Counted from the stretch's first letter, positions 47,860 through 60,472 are shown. The stretch: 64,000 nt of DNA from Selaginella moellendorffii (GCF_000143415.4 NW_003314292.1:737325-801324), one strand, 5' to 3'. Notes: generated from the sequence alone by a model not told the origin. Numbers and translations: made by a program.

Positions 47860-48750
47860 TATCAGGATGAAGATAACCAAGATGCGCAACAATCTGAGCT
47901 CCTTGGATGATCTTCCCGACGAGGTGCTCTTCGGGATCCTGTTCCCGTCGCGCCACTTGTACCACTTGTATTGGGGTGTAGCGCGTCGTCACAAATTTCA
48001 GCCTGGAATCACACAATCACTGGTGAGGATGAGCGGCAGCAGGGCCTTCTTTCCTGGTTTGGCCGGTGCGGAAGCTGCACAAGCTCCGGTGGATGCTCGT
48101 CAATGATGCTCTCGCCGTCTACGTGCAACGTGGAGTGGATCAAGCTTCATGCGGAGGTGCGGAGCATCCAGGGCCTGTAAATGTCTAGGCTCAACAAGCT
48201 CACAAGCACCTTTCGAGGCTCGCCCAGCGAGAGGTCGCATCAGTGGCGTCGCAGCTCTGGATTCGGCCAAAGATCTCTCAACCTTGCCGCCGCCTTGAGG
48301 TGCTCGTATCTCCATGAAGGTTCATGGCTAACTTTTGGTGTCGTAGAGCTTGAGCCTCGAGGACTGGAGCAGCAGGCACGCACCTCTGCGCATGCACATC
48401 ACCGCCTCCTACCCCAAGGGACCGGGTGCCGAGCGGGTGAGAGACGAGATCGACTTTCTGCGGGAGCTCGTCATGAGCAGCTGCTGTGTGACGCAGCTCA
48501 AAGGAACGGGGGCTGTGTTGATTGGCCTGCCACCTGATTTTCAGTCCTCATGCCCACCTCATATGAGATTGAAAATCTTGAGAAATCTAGTTTCAATCTT
48601 AAGAGGAAGAGAGTTGCGATCGTGAAGCTGGGGACAGCCTGGGGGTGTTGAGGTGCATCCCCACCACTTTGGCCTGCCGCAGCACTGCGACGTTGTGTGG
48701 CGAGCCAAAGCTTGATTCGGAGTCGACTGCAATCCACCGTGCACGAAACC
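47860..48750 (+). pseudogene. highly decayed F-box pseudogene
   Basis: LDDLPDEVLFGIL, LSPSTCNVEWIKLH, WSSRHAPLRMHI, DEIDFLRELVMSSCCVTQL. Confidence 0.8.
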
Positions 48751-49023
48751 ATGATCGAAAACCAGTCAATGTTGGTAAAACTTTATCAGTCAATGGTTGT
48801 CAACACTTCTAGTCAACAAGAGAAAGAGTCAACTACCAGCATGATAAACAATTTGTATAGCTTTCGCGGGGTCGCAATGAATGCGCCTCAAAGATAGGTC
48901 AAAGAACTTCCACTATAACAGTGCTTGTAAGAATTGGCCAATGCTTCAACTTCTTTCAAACGTCTTGGCAGCTTTTATTCTTCTTTTTGACCAATTACTG
49001 TTATATAGATTTCATTCACATTG

Positions 49024-49719
49024 TTAAGCATCTCTCCAGGTGATGGACATCTGACCGTAGAGGGGGTCGCTGGAGCTAATGCCCAGCGCTTTCCACACAG
49101 CATCAGAGCCATCCACAATGTTATTCCGGCATGGTGGCTGCCAAGCATGAGGCTTGTCACAGCCCATTGTAGAATCACACTCGTCCACCACTTTGGCAGT
49201 GGTGGATCTCCCATTTGGAGCTGTGATACTGATGAACTTCAAGCACCGGGAGCCCCCGCTATACCATCCGGTTGAGAGAGCCACGACCCTCTCGGTGTTG
49301 GAGTGGAATTTCCCATCGCACTCCGAAGGATCTCCGCCATCGCCACCAGCTTGGAAGTCGTTGACAGTGAGAATTGCTTTGGTGCTCTGCGAGACTGGGG
49401 GCGAGCATCGATAGATCGGATAGTTTGTGTTGGCCTTGCAGCACTCGCCGCACTGGTGGGCCGAATTGCCCTTGAGAGTTCCACTCTGCTGGCAAGTTCC
49501 TGAGCCACCGCCACCGCCGCCGCCACTTCCAGCGCAGATGTGAGTTCCCAAATCCGGATCGTCTTGACAAGTGCGCCCCCCTCCACAGTAGAGCTGACCA
49601 TCGCAATCGTCGTTTGTGGAGCACGATTGCCCGCATCCCCTGGACTCGACGAGAAGATCACGAGAACATATCGAGAGGACGATCAAAACACGCACAATTG
49701 AGCCAATTCTTAAAGCCAT
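49024..49719 (-). CDS. kiwellin / ripening-related protein with N-terminal kissper-like domain (231 aa)
   Basis: Signal peptide; [25 protein letters not shown]; Gly linker; DPBB domain [41 protein letters not shown]. Confidence 0.92.
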   Translation of the reverse strand: MALRIGSIVRVLIVLSICSRDLLVESRGCGQSCSTNDDCDGQLYCGGGRTCQDDPDLGTHICAGSGGGGGGGSGTCQQSGTLKGNSAHQCGECCKANTNYPIYRCSPPVSQSTKAILTVNDFQAGGDGGDPSECDGKFHSNTERVVALSTGWYSGGSRCLKFISITAPNGRSTTAKVVDECDSTMGCDKPHAWQPPCRNNIVDGSDAVWKALGISSSDPLYGQMSITWRDA

Positions 49720-49997
49720 TTGAATGCTTTGTGAATGAATGGATGTCTTGCTGTGATTATATATACTAAAGTTTGGTTTCTCTAACTTTGGGGAATCTTC
49801 GTGAGCAGCATCCCAGTCATTAAGGCACCGGTTTGACCAGGTCAATGGTAGTTGACTGGAGTGTTTCTCGGATTTCTACATTGGTTTTTTTTTCTTGAGA
49901 AAATAAAAGAGTTCTCGGCAAGAAAATAAGGATGCATTTGTCAAAAACTTAGGAGAAGAACCAAGCGATGCTCGTACAAAGCCATGGAGGATACTGT

Positions 49998-50763
49998 CTA
50001 TCGCTTCTTGGAGACTCCCACGGTTCTTCCACGGCGTCCGGTGGTCTTGGTGTGCTGCCCGCGGACGCGCAGACCCCAGTAGTGACGAAGACCACGGTGG
50101 TTCCTGTCAAACAATAAAGAAGTCAATCCATCCATCCCCAAGAGATTGAAAGGGAAAAACGGCTTGCCTGATCTTCTTGAGCCTCTCGAGGTCGTCCCTG
50201 AGCTTCATGTCCAGCGCGTTTGCCACAACCTGCGAGTACCTCCCGTCCTTGTAGTCCTTCTTCCTGTTGAGGAACCAGTCGGGGATCTTGAACTGGCGGG
50301 GGTTGGCAACGATCACCATGAGGTTCTCGAGCTCCGCAGCAGTGAGCTCACCAGCCCTGTTCGATGGAAGAGAAAGAAACAAAGAAAAATGATAAGCACA
50401 GATTTTTTTTTTCAAATCAATGAAGAAGCTCAATCAATCAATCCGAAAGATCAAGGAAGATAGTCATCCATAGAAGAAAATGACGAGAAAACAAGATCTT
50501 TCAGCTCACCAGCAGAGCAAGAGGAAAAGAAAGGGCAAACATACCTCTTGTTCATGTCCACATCCGCCTTCTTGCAGACGATGTTGGCGAATCGGCGCCC
50601 AATTCCCTTGATGGAAGTCAGCGCGAACATAATCTTCTGCCGCCCGTCCACATTCGTGTTGAGCACACGAAGAATGTGCTGGAACTCCTCATTGCTCACC
50701 AGAGACTGCCAAAACAGAGGCGCCGGAGGATTATTTCAACACCCAACACAAGAATCATACCAT
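49998..50763 (-). CDS. RPS18: 40S ribosomal protein S18 (uS13), 152 aa; exons 50763-50761, 50705-50545, 50356-50168 and 50103-49998
   Basis: [46 protein letters not shown]; spliced length 459 nt; telo-boxes upstream. Confidence 0.97.
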
Positions 50764-50908
50764 CTTGCCGCCGAGCGCCTCAGCTCCCGACCCGAGATCC
50801 CTTGCTCTTACTGGCGGCTGAAGAACCCTAATTCCAAAAACCCTAACACTTTGTTTAAGAATTAGGGCAAAACTTTCTCTTATTAATATATGTTAGTAGA
50901 GGTGTTCT

Positions 50909-52071
50909 CTAGCTACCAAACTGTGCTAAGTTGATATCTTGTAGAGATATAGTTCCAGATCTATCCACATCAAGCTCTTGGAATTGTCTCACAATCGCCT
51001 CTAAGTCCTCTTTCTCGAGCTTGCCCATCTCTTTGAGCTTATACACCATATACTCGGTGAGGCTGCAAAACAAAGAACACCAAGATCAAACGAGTCGTTC
51101 TTACTAGCAAACGCTGGAAAGCTTCGAAATAAGACAGCCCACCTGAGAGCTCCGTCGTCGTCCAGATCCGCCGCCTCGAAATCCGAGTAAGTGATCTTCC
51201 TGGAGAGAATCCACTTGGTGAGCGAATGCTGCCTTCCCTCCGTGACAAGCTCCGCGATGTAGAGGACGAACTGCGCAACACTAACCGTGCTCATCAAGAT
51301 CCACACCACCGCAAAGATCCTCCCGCCGGCGCTAGTGAAGCTGCGATCGCCATAGCCCAGCGTCGTCACCGTCACGGTCACGCAGTAGAACGCATCCAGG
51401 AAGCTCATCCCCTCCAGCTTCACCAACACCGAGATCCCGGCTCCAAACAGCACCAAAACCAGCCCCGCCGCCACCGCCACCTTGCAGTGAACTCTCCGGA
51501 TCCTCGCATCGGTGTCGGTGTTCTTGTGATGGAGGTACTTCTCTCTTTTCTCGATCGCTCTCTCCAGCAGCCTCTCCTGCTTCTCCACCAGATAGTTTGC
51601 AGCGTTGCCGAGCAGCAATCCAAAGATCGCGAAGCCCACGAAGACGAACAGGCACGTCATGAGCTTGGCCGTCGCTGTGGCTGGAACCAAGTCGCCATAG
51701 CCGACGGTGGTCATGGTGACCACGCAGAAGTACAAGGCGTCGACGAAGCTCAGGGTCTTGGTTCCATGGAGCTCGTCCCTGACGTGGACGAAGCAGAGGA
51801 TTCCAATGGCGAGGTAGAGCGCGAGAATGAGAGCCGCGGTCTTGCCTGGAGAGTAGGATTTGGTGGTCATTCCAAACGCGGGCGTTGGGGAGATGTTCTT
51901 GGGCCTCATCTTCATCGCTCCACAGTCGGAGGAGGGAGCGCTCCTGGATCTTCGGAGCTTACCACAATTTGAGATGGTGGGCATCGCCGATTCCTCATCG
52001 TGGTCCTGCAGGAGTGGCTCCTGGAGAAGGATCTCGAGCTTGGATGGCCTCCTCTTGGGCTTGCTGTGCAT
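50909..52071 (-). CDS. TPK: two-pore (TPK/KCO) potassium channel, ~360 aa; exons 52071-51143 and 51062-50909
   Basis: 14-3-3-type motif RSRSAP, two GYGD pores, four TM segments, two C-terminal EF-hand-like loops. Confidence 0.92.
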
Positions 52072-52121
52072 TCTGTGTGAATTCACAACCCAAACCTATT
52101 TTCCGATCAAATGGATCATGT

Positions 52122-52195
52122 TCATTTGACTTTGCGGCTGTGATTCTAATGTACTTCAAGCACCGTGACCCTCCGTTGTTGAAAAAGCCAGTCGT
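52122..52195 (-). pseudogene. kiwellin fragment
   Basis: TTGFFNNGGSRCLKYIRITA resembles [19 protein letters not shown] at ~49215-49275. Confidence 0.6.
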
Positions 52196-53609
52196 GTGAG
52201 AAGCATTCACCATCTCATCCACTTTTTCATCTAGAGTGAGCCTCGACCCAAAGTCTTGGATGCAAACATTAATGCTAAGCTTGGTGTCATAGAATGGAAA
52301 CAAGCCAAGGCTAACATTGCCAAAAACATTGCAAACATACCTCTTGAAACTCTCACATTTGAAAGAATCACCTCGTAAAATAGGTTTGGATGGAGACTTG
52401 AATTCACAAATGAAAAGCAAGCCCCAGAGGAGGATTGAGGCCCTTCTCTAGAAGCCTTTCAAGAGACATTCTTGCCAAACCACAACAACGCTCAATATTG
52501 TAAGCTCCAAAGATCTAGAACTCCATCCTCCTATTGTGGATTATTAAAGTTGAGGCACTCTCTCCAAAAAAGACTATGTGCTCGACTGTGGGTGCTCAAC
52601 TGGTTTTCGATAGAATGCTGTATCATGACATGGTTCTGTTTCTGTGGAATACAGAATAAAAATTATTTTATAACTTTTCGAATTTTACTAATATATTAAG
52701 TGGAGAATTTCTTCAATCTTTAAACTAACAATACAACTATAATATTGCACTATATTAAAGACTTAATAAGAGGCTGAAAAGATTTTTATATTTTACATAT
52801 AAAATACCCAAGCTAATCAAATTGAAAAAAAGGATTATAGTAATTTAGTTTAAAATAATTCAACAACTTTAATAATTTTAGAAATTTAACTATGTGAGTG
52901 TATAAAATATGGAAAGGGAATACAAAAAAAATGCATATCAATTAGCCCAAAAACTCTAATTTATATACAAAAGTGAGTGGTCTAGATTAAAACTAATATG
53001 ATGCCTACTAAAATCCCACTACGCTAATATTAGTATATGGCATTGTAGTCATACACTTGGACCTCATATTATCCCCTCCTCTCGAAATAATAGAAGACTA
53101 TAAAAGTTTTCTCATAGATGGGCCAGGATCTAGAGGAACATCAAAAGGAAGCATTAGTAAATTTATAGGTGGTATCAGTTGTTCTTGATCCTTTCGTATG
53201 AAATGTTTTAATTGTTGCATATGCATAATTTTTGAAGGATTAGCATGCTAAACATCATGCCAAACCTCATAAACTTGTGGTTCACCTTGCCACAACACCT
53301 AATATGGTCCTTTCCACTGAGTAAGGAGCCCCTTCGATAAACCACGTTTCGTAAGATAGGGAAAATGGCCTAACATTAATTCATCCATTTTGTACTTCAT
53401 AAGTGGATGATGATAGAAGTTGTAATGCCATTGTTGTCCCACTTGTACGCAACTTAGGTGTTCAATAAACTTTGCTTAGACAAATAGAAAAATGCTTGCC
53501 AAATACTAATCCCACAATTTAGTATTGGTAGCTTGTGGTAATTACAAAAGTAAACCTAGCTCCATTGGTAATATTGGATCATGACTATATAGGAGTTTAT
53601 ATGGTGAAG

Positions 53610-54186
53610 TGTAAATTCCTGAGTTTGAACTTCCCAGGAGGTCATCTAGCCCAGTACTATTCAAACCCAAGGACGCTTAACCCCAACTATCCCAAGACCC
53701 TTAACCAATTGGAAAAGGGGGTGCACTCTTATTCATGGGCGTTTTTTCTCTATATTTGAACCCCATGGATCGCCTCTCGAGTCGTTCCCTTTGGTTTCTT
53801 ACAATCCACCACACTTCCCTGCAAGTTCACGCCCTCGTAAACGGAAGCTGAGAGCCACAGCTCTCTTGACACCTTACCCCTCGGGTCGAGCCCAGCGGGA
53901 GCAAACTGGACCAGCCAGATGTTAATCAACATGTGGTGTGATTCCCTTCACCAACCAACAGAGTCGGACCCGAGACCCCTCTGATACCAAATGTAAGCTC
54001 CTGAATTTGGACTTCTCGGGAGGTCACCCAACCTAGTATTATTCAAACCCAAGGACATTTAACCCCAAAATATCCCAAGACCCTTAACTGATTGGAAAAG
54101 GGGGTGCACTTTTATTCATGGGCCCTTTCCCTCTATATTTGAACCCCATGGATCGCCTCTCGAGTCATTCCCTTTAGTTGTTTACA
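53610..54186 (-). mobile_element. Cassandra-type TRIM with 5S rRNA-derived LTR domain; LTRs 53992-54186 and 53610-53803
   Basis: TSD TGAAG; PBS TGGTATCAGAG; PPT; 188-bp non-coding interior; LTR contains GGTTAAGCGTCCTTGGG..TAGTACT..GACCTCCTGGGAAGT matching the 5S internal promoter region. Confidence 0.88.
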
Positions 54187-55263
54187 TGAAGCACCAACAA
54201 AACTCTACACCCCTATGACATATGTATACCAAAGAAATGGCAAATAACCATTCCAATCCAAATGCTGAAAGTTCACGTACTTCGCAATTATCCCTTTGAA
54301 TACCCAAAGGAGCCATTTCACAAAATTGTATGACTGTGTATGATAAACACTTATGAAAATGTGGCATATCCTCAAGTGAGACATCAAAACATGAAATGCT
54401 TCTACTATAAATGTGGGACCATTATCCAAAAGAATTCATTTCGCACAAAAATGTTAAAATACTGCTCAATTAAAGAGGAAGTATCTAATAGAAATTGCAA
54501 AGGTGCTAACAAGAGCACCAACTTCCACCCAATGAGTTAAGTAGTTAGAAGCAATAATAATATATTCATTACCAGTAATTGATTGTGAAATTTTTTTTGT
54601 AAAATCAAATACCACAAACTCAAACAAATGAGAAATTGCAATTGACTCCAACCATCCTTCTAAAGCATATGCCTAGAATAGAAGAAGCATGGTAAGCATC
54701 AAGAAACCATGGAATAAAGATTGAAGGCACCATACCCATAAATGATCATTAGAATCCATCCCCACAAAATGAAAAAGGCTATTTTCAAGATGATATTGAG
54801 AATGTAAATATCGGAATGGCAAGTTATCAGCAAGTGATATAAAATTCTCAAACCCATCTTGAAGCCTTCGAATTTATAATCTTTTGAGCTTTGCAAACCT
54901 CATCAAGAGAAGGTAGATCTTGCTTTGTACCTTATGGACACTGAATGTCAAGTATAACAATTGCTGATGGCATAGAATCCTCGTCTAGAAAATCCACAAA
55001 TGCTGGAATAATAGACTTGTCAAAAACATGAGAAGAGAACAAAAAAGGAAGAGGAGCTCGAGAAAAAGCATCAGCCATAAAACTCCCTAAGTGATTGAAC
55101 AACATTAAAATTATATATCTGAAGTTTCAAAGCCCATAGAATAGTACGATCAATTAAGTTCTTCCGCTTCAATAATGAAATAACGGCAACATAATCACAT
55201 TTTAGTAACGTCCGAGAACCATGTAGATATGCATGAAGTTTTTTTAAACCCCAGACTGTTGCT

Positions 55264-55458
55264 TGTAAGTTCCTAAATTTGGACTTCCCGGGAGGTCACC
55301 TAACCTAGTACTATTCAAACCCAAGGACATTTAACCCCAAAATATCCCAAGACCCTTAACCGATTGGAAAAGGGGGTGCACTTTTATTCATGGGTCCTTT
55401 CCCTTTATATTTGAACCCCATGGATCATCTCTCAAGTTGTTCCCTTTGGTTGCTTACA
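55264..55458 (-). mobile_element. Cassandra solo LTR
   Basis: Copy of the 195-bp LTR; TSD TTGCT/CTGCT. Confidence 0.85.
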
Positions 55459-56339
55459 CTGCTAAACACTCCTTCTTTGTTTTGAGGTAGTTCACTTTTG
55501 TCGGTTATAATGTATGGTTGATATATACAATGGGATGGCATTGATCACATACACTCGGGCTCTCTTGCATCAACATACATCCAAAACCAATATAAAAAAC
55601 ATCCACATGTAAAATAAAAGGTCAAGTATAGTCAGGATACACCAAAATTGGAAGAGTCGTCAATAGCTCTTTGATATCCATGACTGCCCGCTCATAGTCC
55701 ACAATCCAAATGAAAAATAATATTGATGATTTCAACAACACTCGCAATGGTATGATGTGATTAAAAAGATGATCCACAAAACAGTCAAGATATTGCACCT
55801 TGCCTAGAAAGTGTTGTACATCATTCACACACTTCAGAGTAAGGAACTTTAAAACAACCACAAGTTTGTTAGGATCAACTTACAAACCTTCACAAGCAAT
55901 ACAATACCCAAAATAAGTCATGTTCTTGGACCCAAACACGCACTTTAACTGCTTTAGCTTTAAAGCAACGTCCTGTAGCCAATCCAACACTTTACAAACA
56001 TCATGAACATCTCCTCCCATGTCCCCTTCGAGTGGATCAAGACATTATCAATGAAGTCAGCACTCACCTCTGGCATATCGCAAAGAACTTTGTCCATCAT
56101 TCACTAAGAAGTTGCTAAAGCACTGTTCAAACCAAATGGCATTACCAAGAACTTGTACAAACCAAATGGTGTACAAAAAACAATCTTATGAATATCTTTT
56201 TCGGCCATTAGTACTAGGCAGTACCCAAAAGCAAGATTTAGCTTAGTGAATTAATGATTTTTCTCTAAACAATCCAAGAGATTAGCAATGTGAGTAGTGT
56301 GACCAATGATATAGCACACCTGAATTTGGAGTTGAACTC

Positions 56340-56980
56340 TAAGTCCATTGCACTACGAAATAAGGGTCCAGTACAATCCCAAGAGCACCAACCCCCCATA
56401 TCCAGCTCCCCATATCCAGCACCTACATGCAAAATGATGTTAGATGGAGTGTGGCACAATTTTGGCATACCAGTGGTTTAACACGAGGAGGAGGGTACCC
56501 CATTGACTAGAGTAGCATGGAGTTTGGGCTTAAACCCAAGCCAGACACAGAATAAAGAGTGACACAGTCTAATGGGAGCCAAACTAATATCTCAGGTGGT
56601 TGGACATGCATTCCAACCACCATCCCTACTATACATTTGGAACCCCCTATGCCCCTCTCCCCCCCCTCCTCCTTAAGGAACACATGCTTTGGGCTTTCAC
56701 CCCAAACCTCCCTTAGTACCAGGAGTTAGTCTCTAGGACAAGTTCAAAACTTACTAAATATGGAATGTTCCTAGATTACAAATTTGGACACAGGATGAAT
56801 ACAATTATGTTCAGGCCGACCTCTACATTCCGTAGATATGCCAAATAAGTGAATCTAGACACTTTCCATAAATAGCATTTGAGACCGAAATGAGACTAAC
56901 ACAAAGGGTGTGATAGTGAGGGTGTTTGGTAGACACAGTAAGCTATCATCCAGCAATATTGAAGGACTAGTCTCAATACA
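56340..56980 (-). mobile_element. partial LARD-family LTR
   Basis: Colinear with ~30550-31150. Confidence 0.7.
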
Positions 56981-57288
56981 CAATGGATTTTGCCAAGCCA
57001 GTGCAAGAGAGAGCAAAGTAATTATTAAAGTGCAAGACAGAGCAAAGTAATTATTAAAACTATTTGTTAAGTAATAATTTCATGTTTACAGTTTTATGAT
57101 AGAATATTTAATCAGTATTACCATCAATAAAATTTTCAGTCATAATATTTATACTATATGTTTAGCCTTCTTGTATTATAAAATATTTTAGTAACTATTC
57201 ATTTTTAATTGATAAATATTCAATATATTATTAAATATAAATATTAGTATTATTTAGTGAAACCTAGAAGCATGTGAAGTTTTTCTAA

Positions 57289-58161
57289 TTATTTTGGAAC
57301 CCTCCATATTGAAGTTTGCTCAACAATATTAGAAACACTTATATGACCAGTATCTTCAACGCATAATGCCATTGGTTTCCAAATATTTTTCCAATAAATA
57401 TTATATGACCATATAACATTATGAAATTCATCATATAATACTAGATTACCATCAACTTGCATTGTTAAATAACAATTAGTTCCTTTATTTTCTGTATTAG
57501 TCTGCCATATGGTAATAGTTTCTTTATATAATATAACATTACAATTTAGTTGAACATGTAATGAGTATTTTTTATTTAAAGATTGCAGAAATTCTCCACT
57601 TAATAAATTAGAAAAGTTTGAAAAATTAGATGTACTTTTAATGCATGTACGCCTCCACATACAATCTTTATTTTGATTTAAATAACTTAAATAGTTTATC
57701 TTTTGTATACTTAGAATATAAGTATTTTCAACTACATATTCAATACTTAGTGTCCCTAAAATATATTCTGTAATACCATAGTGAATTATGTCATCATCAA
57801 TACGGATGTAATTATTATAAATTCTTTGAAATTCAGCTCTTAATGTCAAACCTTCCCATGGAGTAGTGTAATTTGGAAATAAACTACAAAGAAGTTGATA
57901 GCTAGGAGGAGATATTTCCGAATTCATACTAGATAATAATATCCTAATTCCATAATTCTGATAGTATCTTGTATATCCAGTGTAAAATGGAGCATTAACA
58001 TCTATTTGATCTATAGCCTCTCTTATTGCTCTTAAAATTAATAATTTTGTAGATAATGAGAGATTACTACGATTATCTCTTACAATAAGAGCTGCTAAGC
58101 TGTTATGACTAAATATTATCAGCAAAAATAAAACATATACTGTAATATAGCTATAAATCAT
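57289..58161 (-). CDS. secreted protein: unknown N-terminal domain plus C-terminal bulb-type (GNA/B) lectin domain, 290 aa
   Basis: Signal peptide; LSGEFL..LHVQLNCNVILY..IWQTNT..LTMQVDGNLVLYD..VIWS (QxDxNxVxY); intronless, very AT-rich. Confidence 0.7.
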   Translation of the reverse strand: MIYSYITVYVLFLLIIFSHNSLAALIVRDNRSNLSLSTKLLILRAIREAIDQIDVNAPFYTGYTRYYQNYGIRILLSSMNSEISPPSYQLLCSLFPNYTTPWEGLTLRAEFQRIYNNYIRIDDDIIHYGITEYILGTLSIEYVVENTYILSIQKINYLSYLNQNKDCMWRRTCIKSTSNFSNFSNLLSGEFLQSLNKKYSLHVQLNCNVILYKETITIWQTNTENKGTNCYLTMQVDGNLVLYDEFHNVIWSYNIYWKNIWKPMALCVEDTGHISVSNIVEQTSIWRVPK

Positions 58162-58559
58162 TATGATTTTTAGATTTAAACTTACAGCTAATCTATATTA
58201 ATAGTAGTGGAACACACTAGGCAACAGATTACTATTTTGGACTTGTTAAAATAAAATAAAATTTCTCTTAAAATAAATAATTTATGTTTTTGTGGTTATT
58301 TAGTTAGAAGTTAAAATAAGAAACAGGAACATCTACTACTATAGTAGATAAGGAGCAAACGCCGAACTTTGTGGGCCACCAGATCTGGCCAATCATAGCC
58401 GTCTGATAGGGGGTAACTGTAAAGGGGTTATTTCTTTAACCACGTGTTTGAGAATAATTGCACTGATGTTTGCTCCCGGCCAATGGGAGGTGGCCAAGCC
58501 GCGTGGTGGGAGAGGAAGGCCTAGCGACGCGTGGCACATGCAAAGTGTTGACCAGAGAT

Positions 58560-58780
58560 TGCTGCTCCAGGGCATCACTCCGGGCAGGATCAAGTAGGTT
58601 GCAGCCCTTGGAGCGTGCTGTGGATTGCAATTTCTTCCGGTGGGTAAGCAAATCCACTCCCAAATCATTGCTGCTGGCTGGGATTCGAGCTTGATCGTGT
58701 CTACTGCGCTGATTGACATGTATGCTGCGTGTGGCAGCTTGCGAGGCGCGATTCGTGTGTTCCAAGGGATGAAGACAGTA
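58560..58780 (+). pseudogene. PPR (PLS-class) gene fragment
   Basis: GKQIHSQIIAAGWDSSLIVSTALIDMYAACGSLRGAIRVF. Confidence 0.75.
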
Positions 58781-58819
58781 GTAGCAGGATTTTGCTCTTG
58801 GAAGAATTCTTTGTGGCCT

Positions 58820-59610
58820 GTGACAGGCATTACGAATGACAGCAGGGATCCCTGCGCCGACACCTTTTGCACAGCAACACTGCCAATGCTTAAGCACTTT
58901 GGTGTTCGAATCGAAGGCCTAGAACTCAAGGTTGCTGCTCGCGGAGCTCCTCCCTTGGGTGGCAGTGAAGTCGTCCTCAAAGTTCCCATTGTCCCCAAGA
59001 GCCTCACGGTCAGTTTCTCGAAACTCCTCTTCTTTTCTTTCTCTCCTCGCTAAGAATCCTTCGCCAGGCTGCTACATGGGTGGACGAGGGCATGGTGAAA
59101 TGTATCCGAGGAGTGAGTTACTCCACACGCGTCTCACCTCATATGGCCAATCGAATGTGGCGTGCTAAATCACTTGCTCCCCGATGTGTACATCTTTACT
59201 GATCACTACACTGGTTCGGAGTCCAGGAAGTAAGTTCCATGATTTTGTGCTGCAAGGTAAGCTTTTTTCATCTTGCTTCCTTTTTCATGGCACAGATCTC
59301 AGGGCTATGGGATCTCACTGGTGGCAGAAACGACCACCGGCTGCATTTTAAGCTCCGAGTGCGTGGCTACGCATTCTGGAGCATCCGAGCTTCAGCTTCC
59401 AAAGGACCTGGGGATGCAAGCAGCCATGTCCTTGCTATAGGAGATAAAGCTGGGAGGAGTTGTAGATTCAACTCACCAGGTATCTATCTATGAAGCTGGA
59501 AAAGAAAGAAGTCGATCTTACAAACTTTCCTATTTGCCATGCAAGGGTTGCTGTTCCCGACCATCAAAGATTTCCTGGGAGTGCAGTTTAGTATCAAGCC
59601 TGACTCAAAT
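58820..59610 (+). pseudogene. RCL1: RNA 3'-terminal phosphate cyclase-like (RCL1) fragment with introns
   Basis: GITNDSRDP..LELKVAARGAPPLGGSEV; WVDEGMVKCIRGVSYSTRVSP; LPDVYIFTDH; GYGISLVAETTTGC; GGVVDSTHQ; internal stop and deletions. Confidence 0.8.
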
Positions 59611-60472
59611 CAGTTACATGGAACTTTTTCTAGAAGCCATCGGTCTTTTCCAGCAGCAGCGCATCCACTCTCCTTGATGTGCACAGCAATTCGAGCTACG
59701 GCCTCAAACTCCAGCCAGCCATCCACGACGATCATCTGCCTCTCATTATCATCATCTGCTGATGCTCCCACTGAAGATAAGAAGCTGGAATACATTTTGG
59801 ACGCCTTCATCGAGCGAAATAGTTATTGCGAGTTTTTGCATATGCCTAATGACGTGGCAATAATTAAGCAGGCCTTTGGGCCAACGGTTGTGATTAACCC
59901 AAAGTTAATCAATTGCTTCATTCAGGATTGCCCTCTCCGATGGCAGCGGTAGCTAGTGATTCTGATGTGGGGTCTCAAGATCATGTAGATTACAATTACC
60001 AGCCATTGCCAGATGATGTTTCTTCACAGCAGCAACAAGTTCTAGGTGATGTAGAAATGGGTGGAGAGAGCAGTGAACCAGGTTTGTGTTTATCTTGATA
60101 AACCAGAATTTAATCACTTTTCTTTCCAGGATCTGAGCACCTTACACAACTTAGTGCTTTAGGTACTTAGTCTATCCCAATACAGTGCTTTACAGCTTAA
60201 CAAATAGGTGTACAAGAAGACTTCAAACAGCTGTTATAGCTGTTACATTTCCAAAGTCCTTTTGTTATTTTAGCAGGTACTGGCACTTGGCTTTTTTGCT
60301 TCATAAACCTTCTCTGTGGCCAAATCCAAGTGCTCAGACATAGACTTACAGCCAAGTGCCCTGTGGGATTATAGGAGGTACTACTCAATTTTAGAATTTT
60401 TTTTAGAGTTTGTAATGGGCTTTTTTAGTTAAGCGTAAATTATATAGCATTCAAGACCCTAGCGTATGGAAT

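Larger units (their letters stand above)
52893..56275 (-). mobile_element. 5'-truncated degenerate gypsy (family of 18336-41040); 3' LTR 52893-53068
   Basis: LTR plus PPT GAGAGGAGGGGAT; integrase DNGPTF; RNase H; RT TPFGLYKFLVMPFGL remnants. Confidence 0.8.

Noticed and set aside
53627-53682. 5S rRNA gene
   Set aside because: Only a partial internal segment embedded in TRIM LTRs
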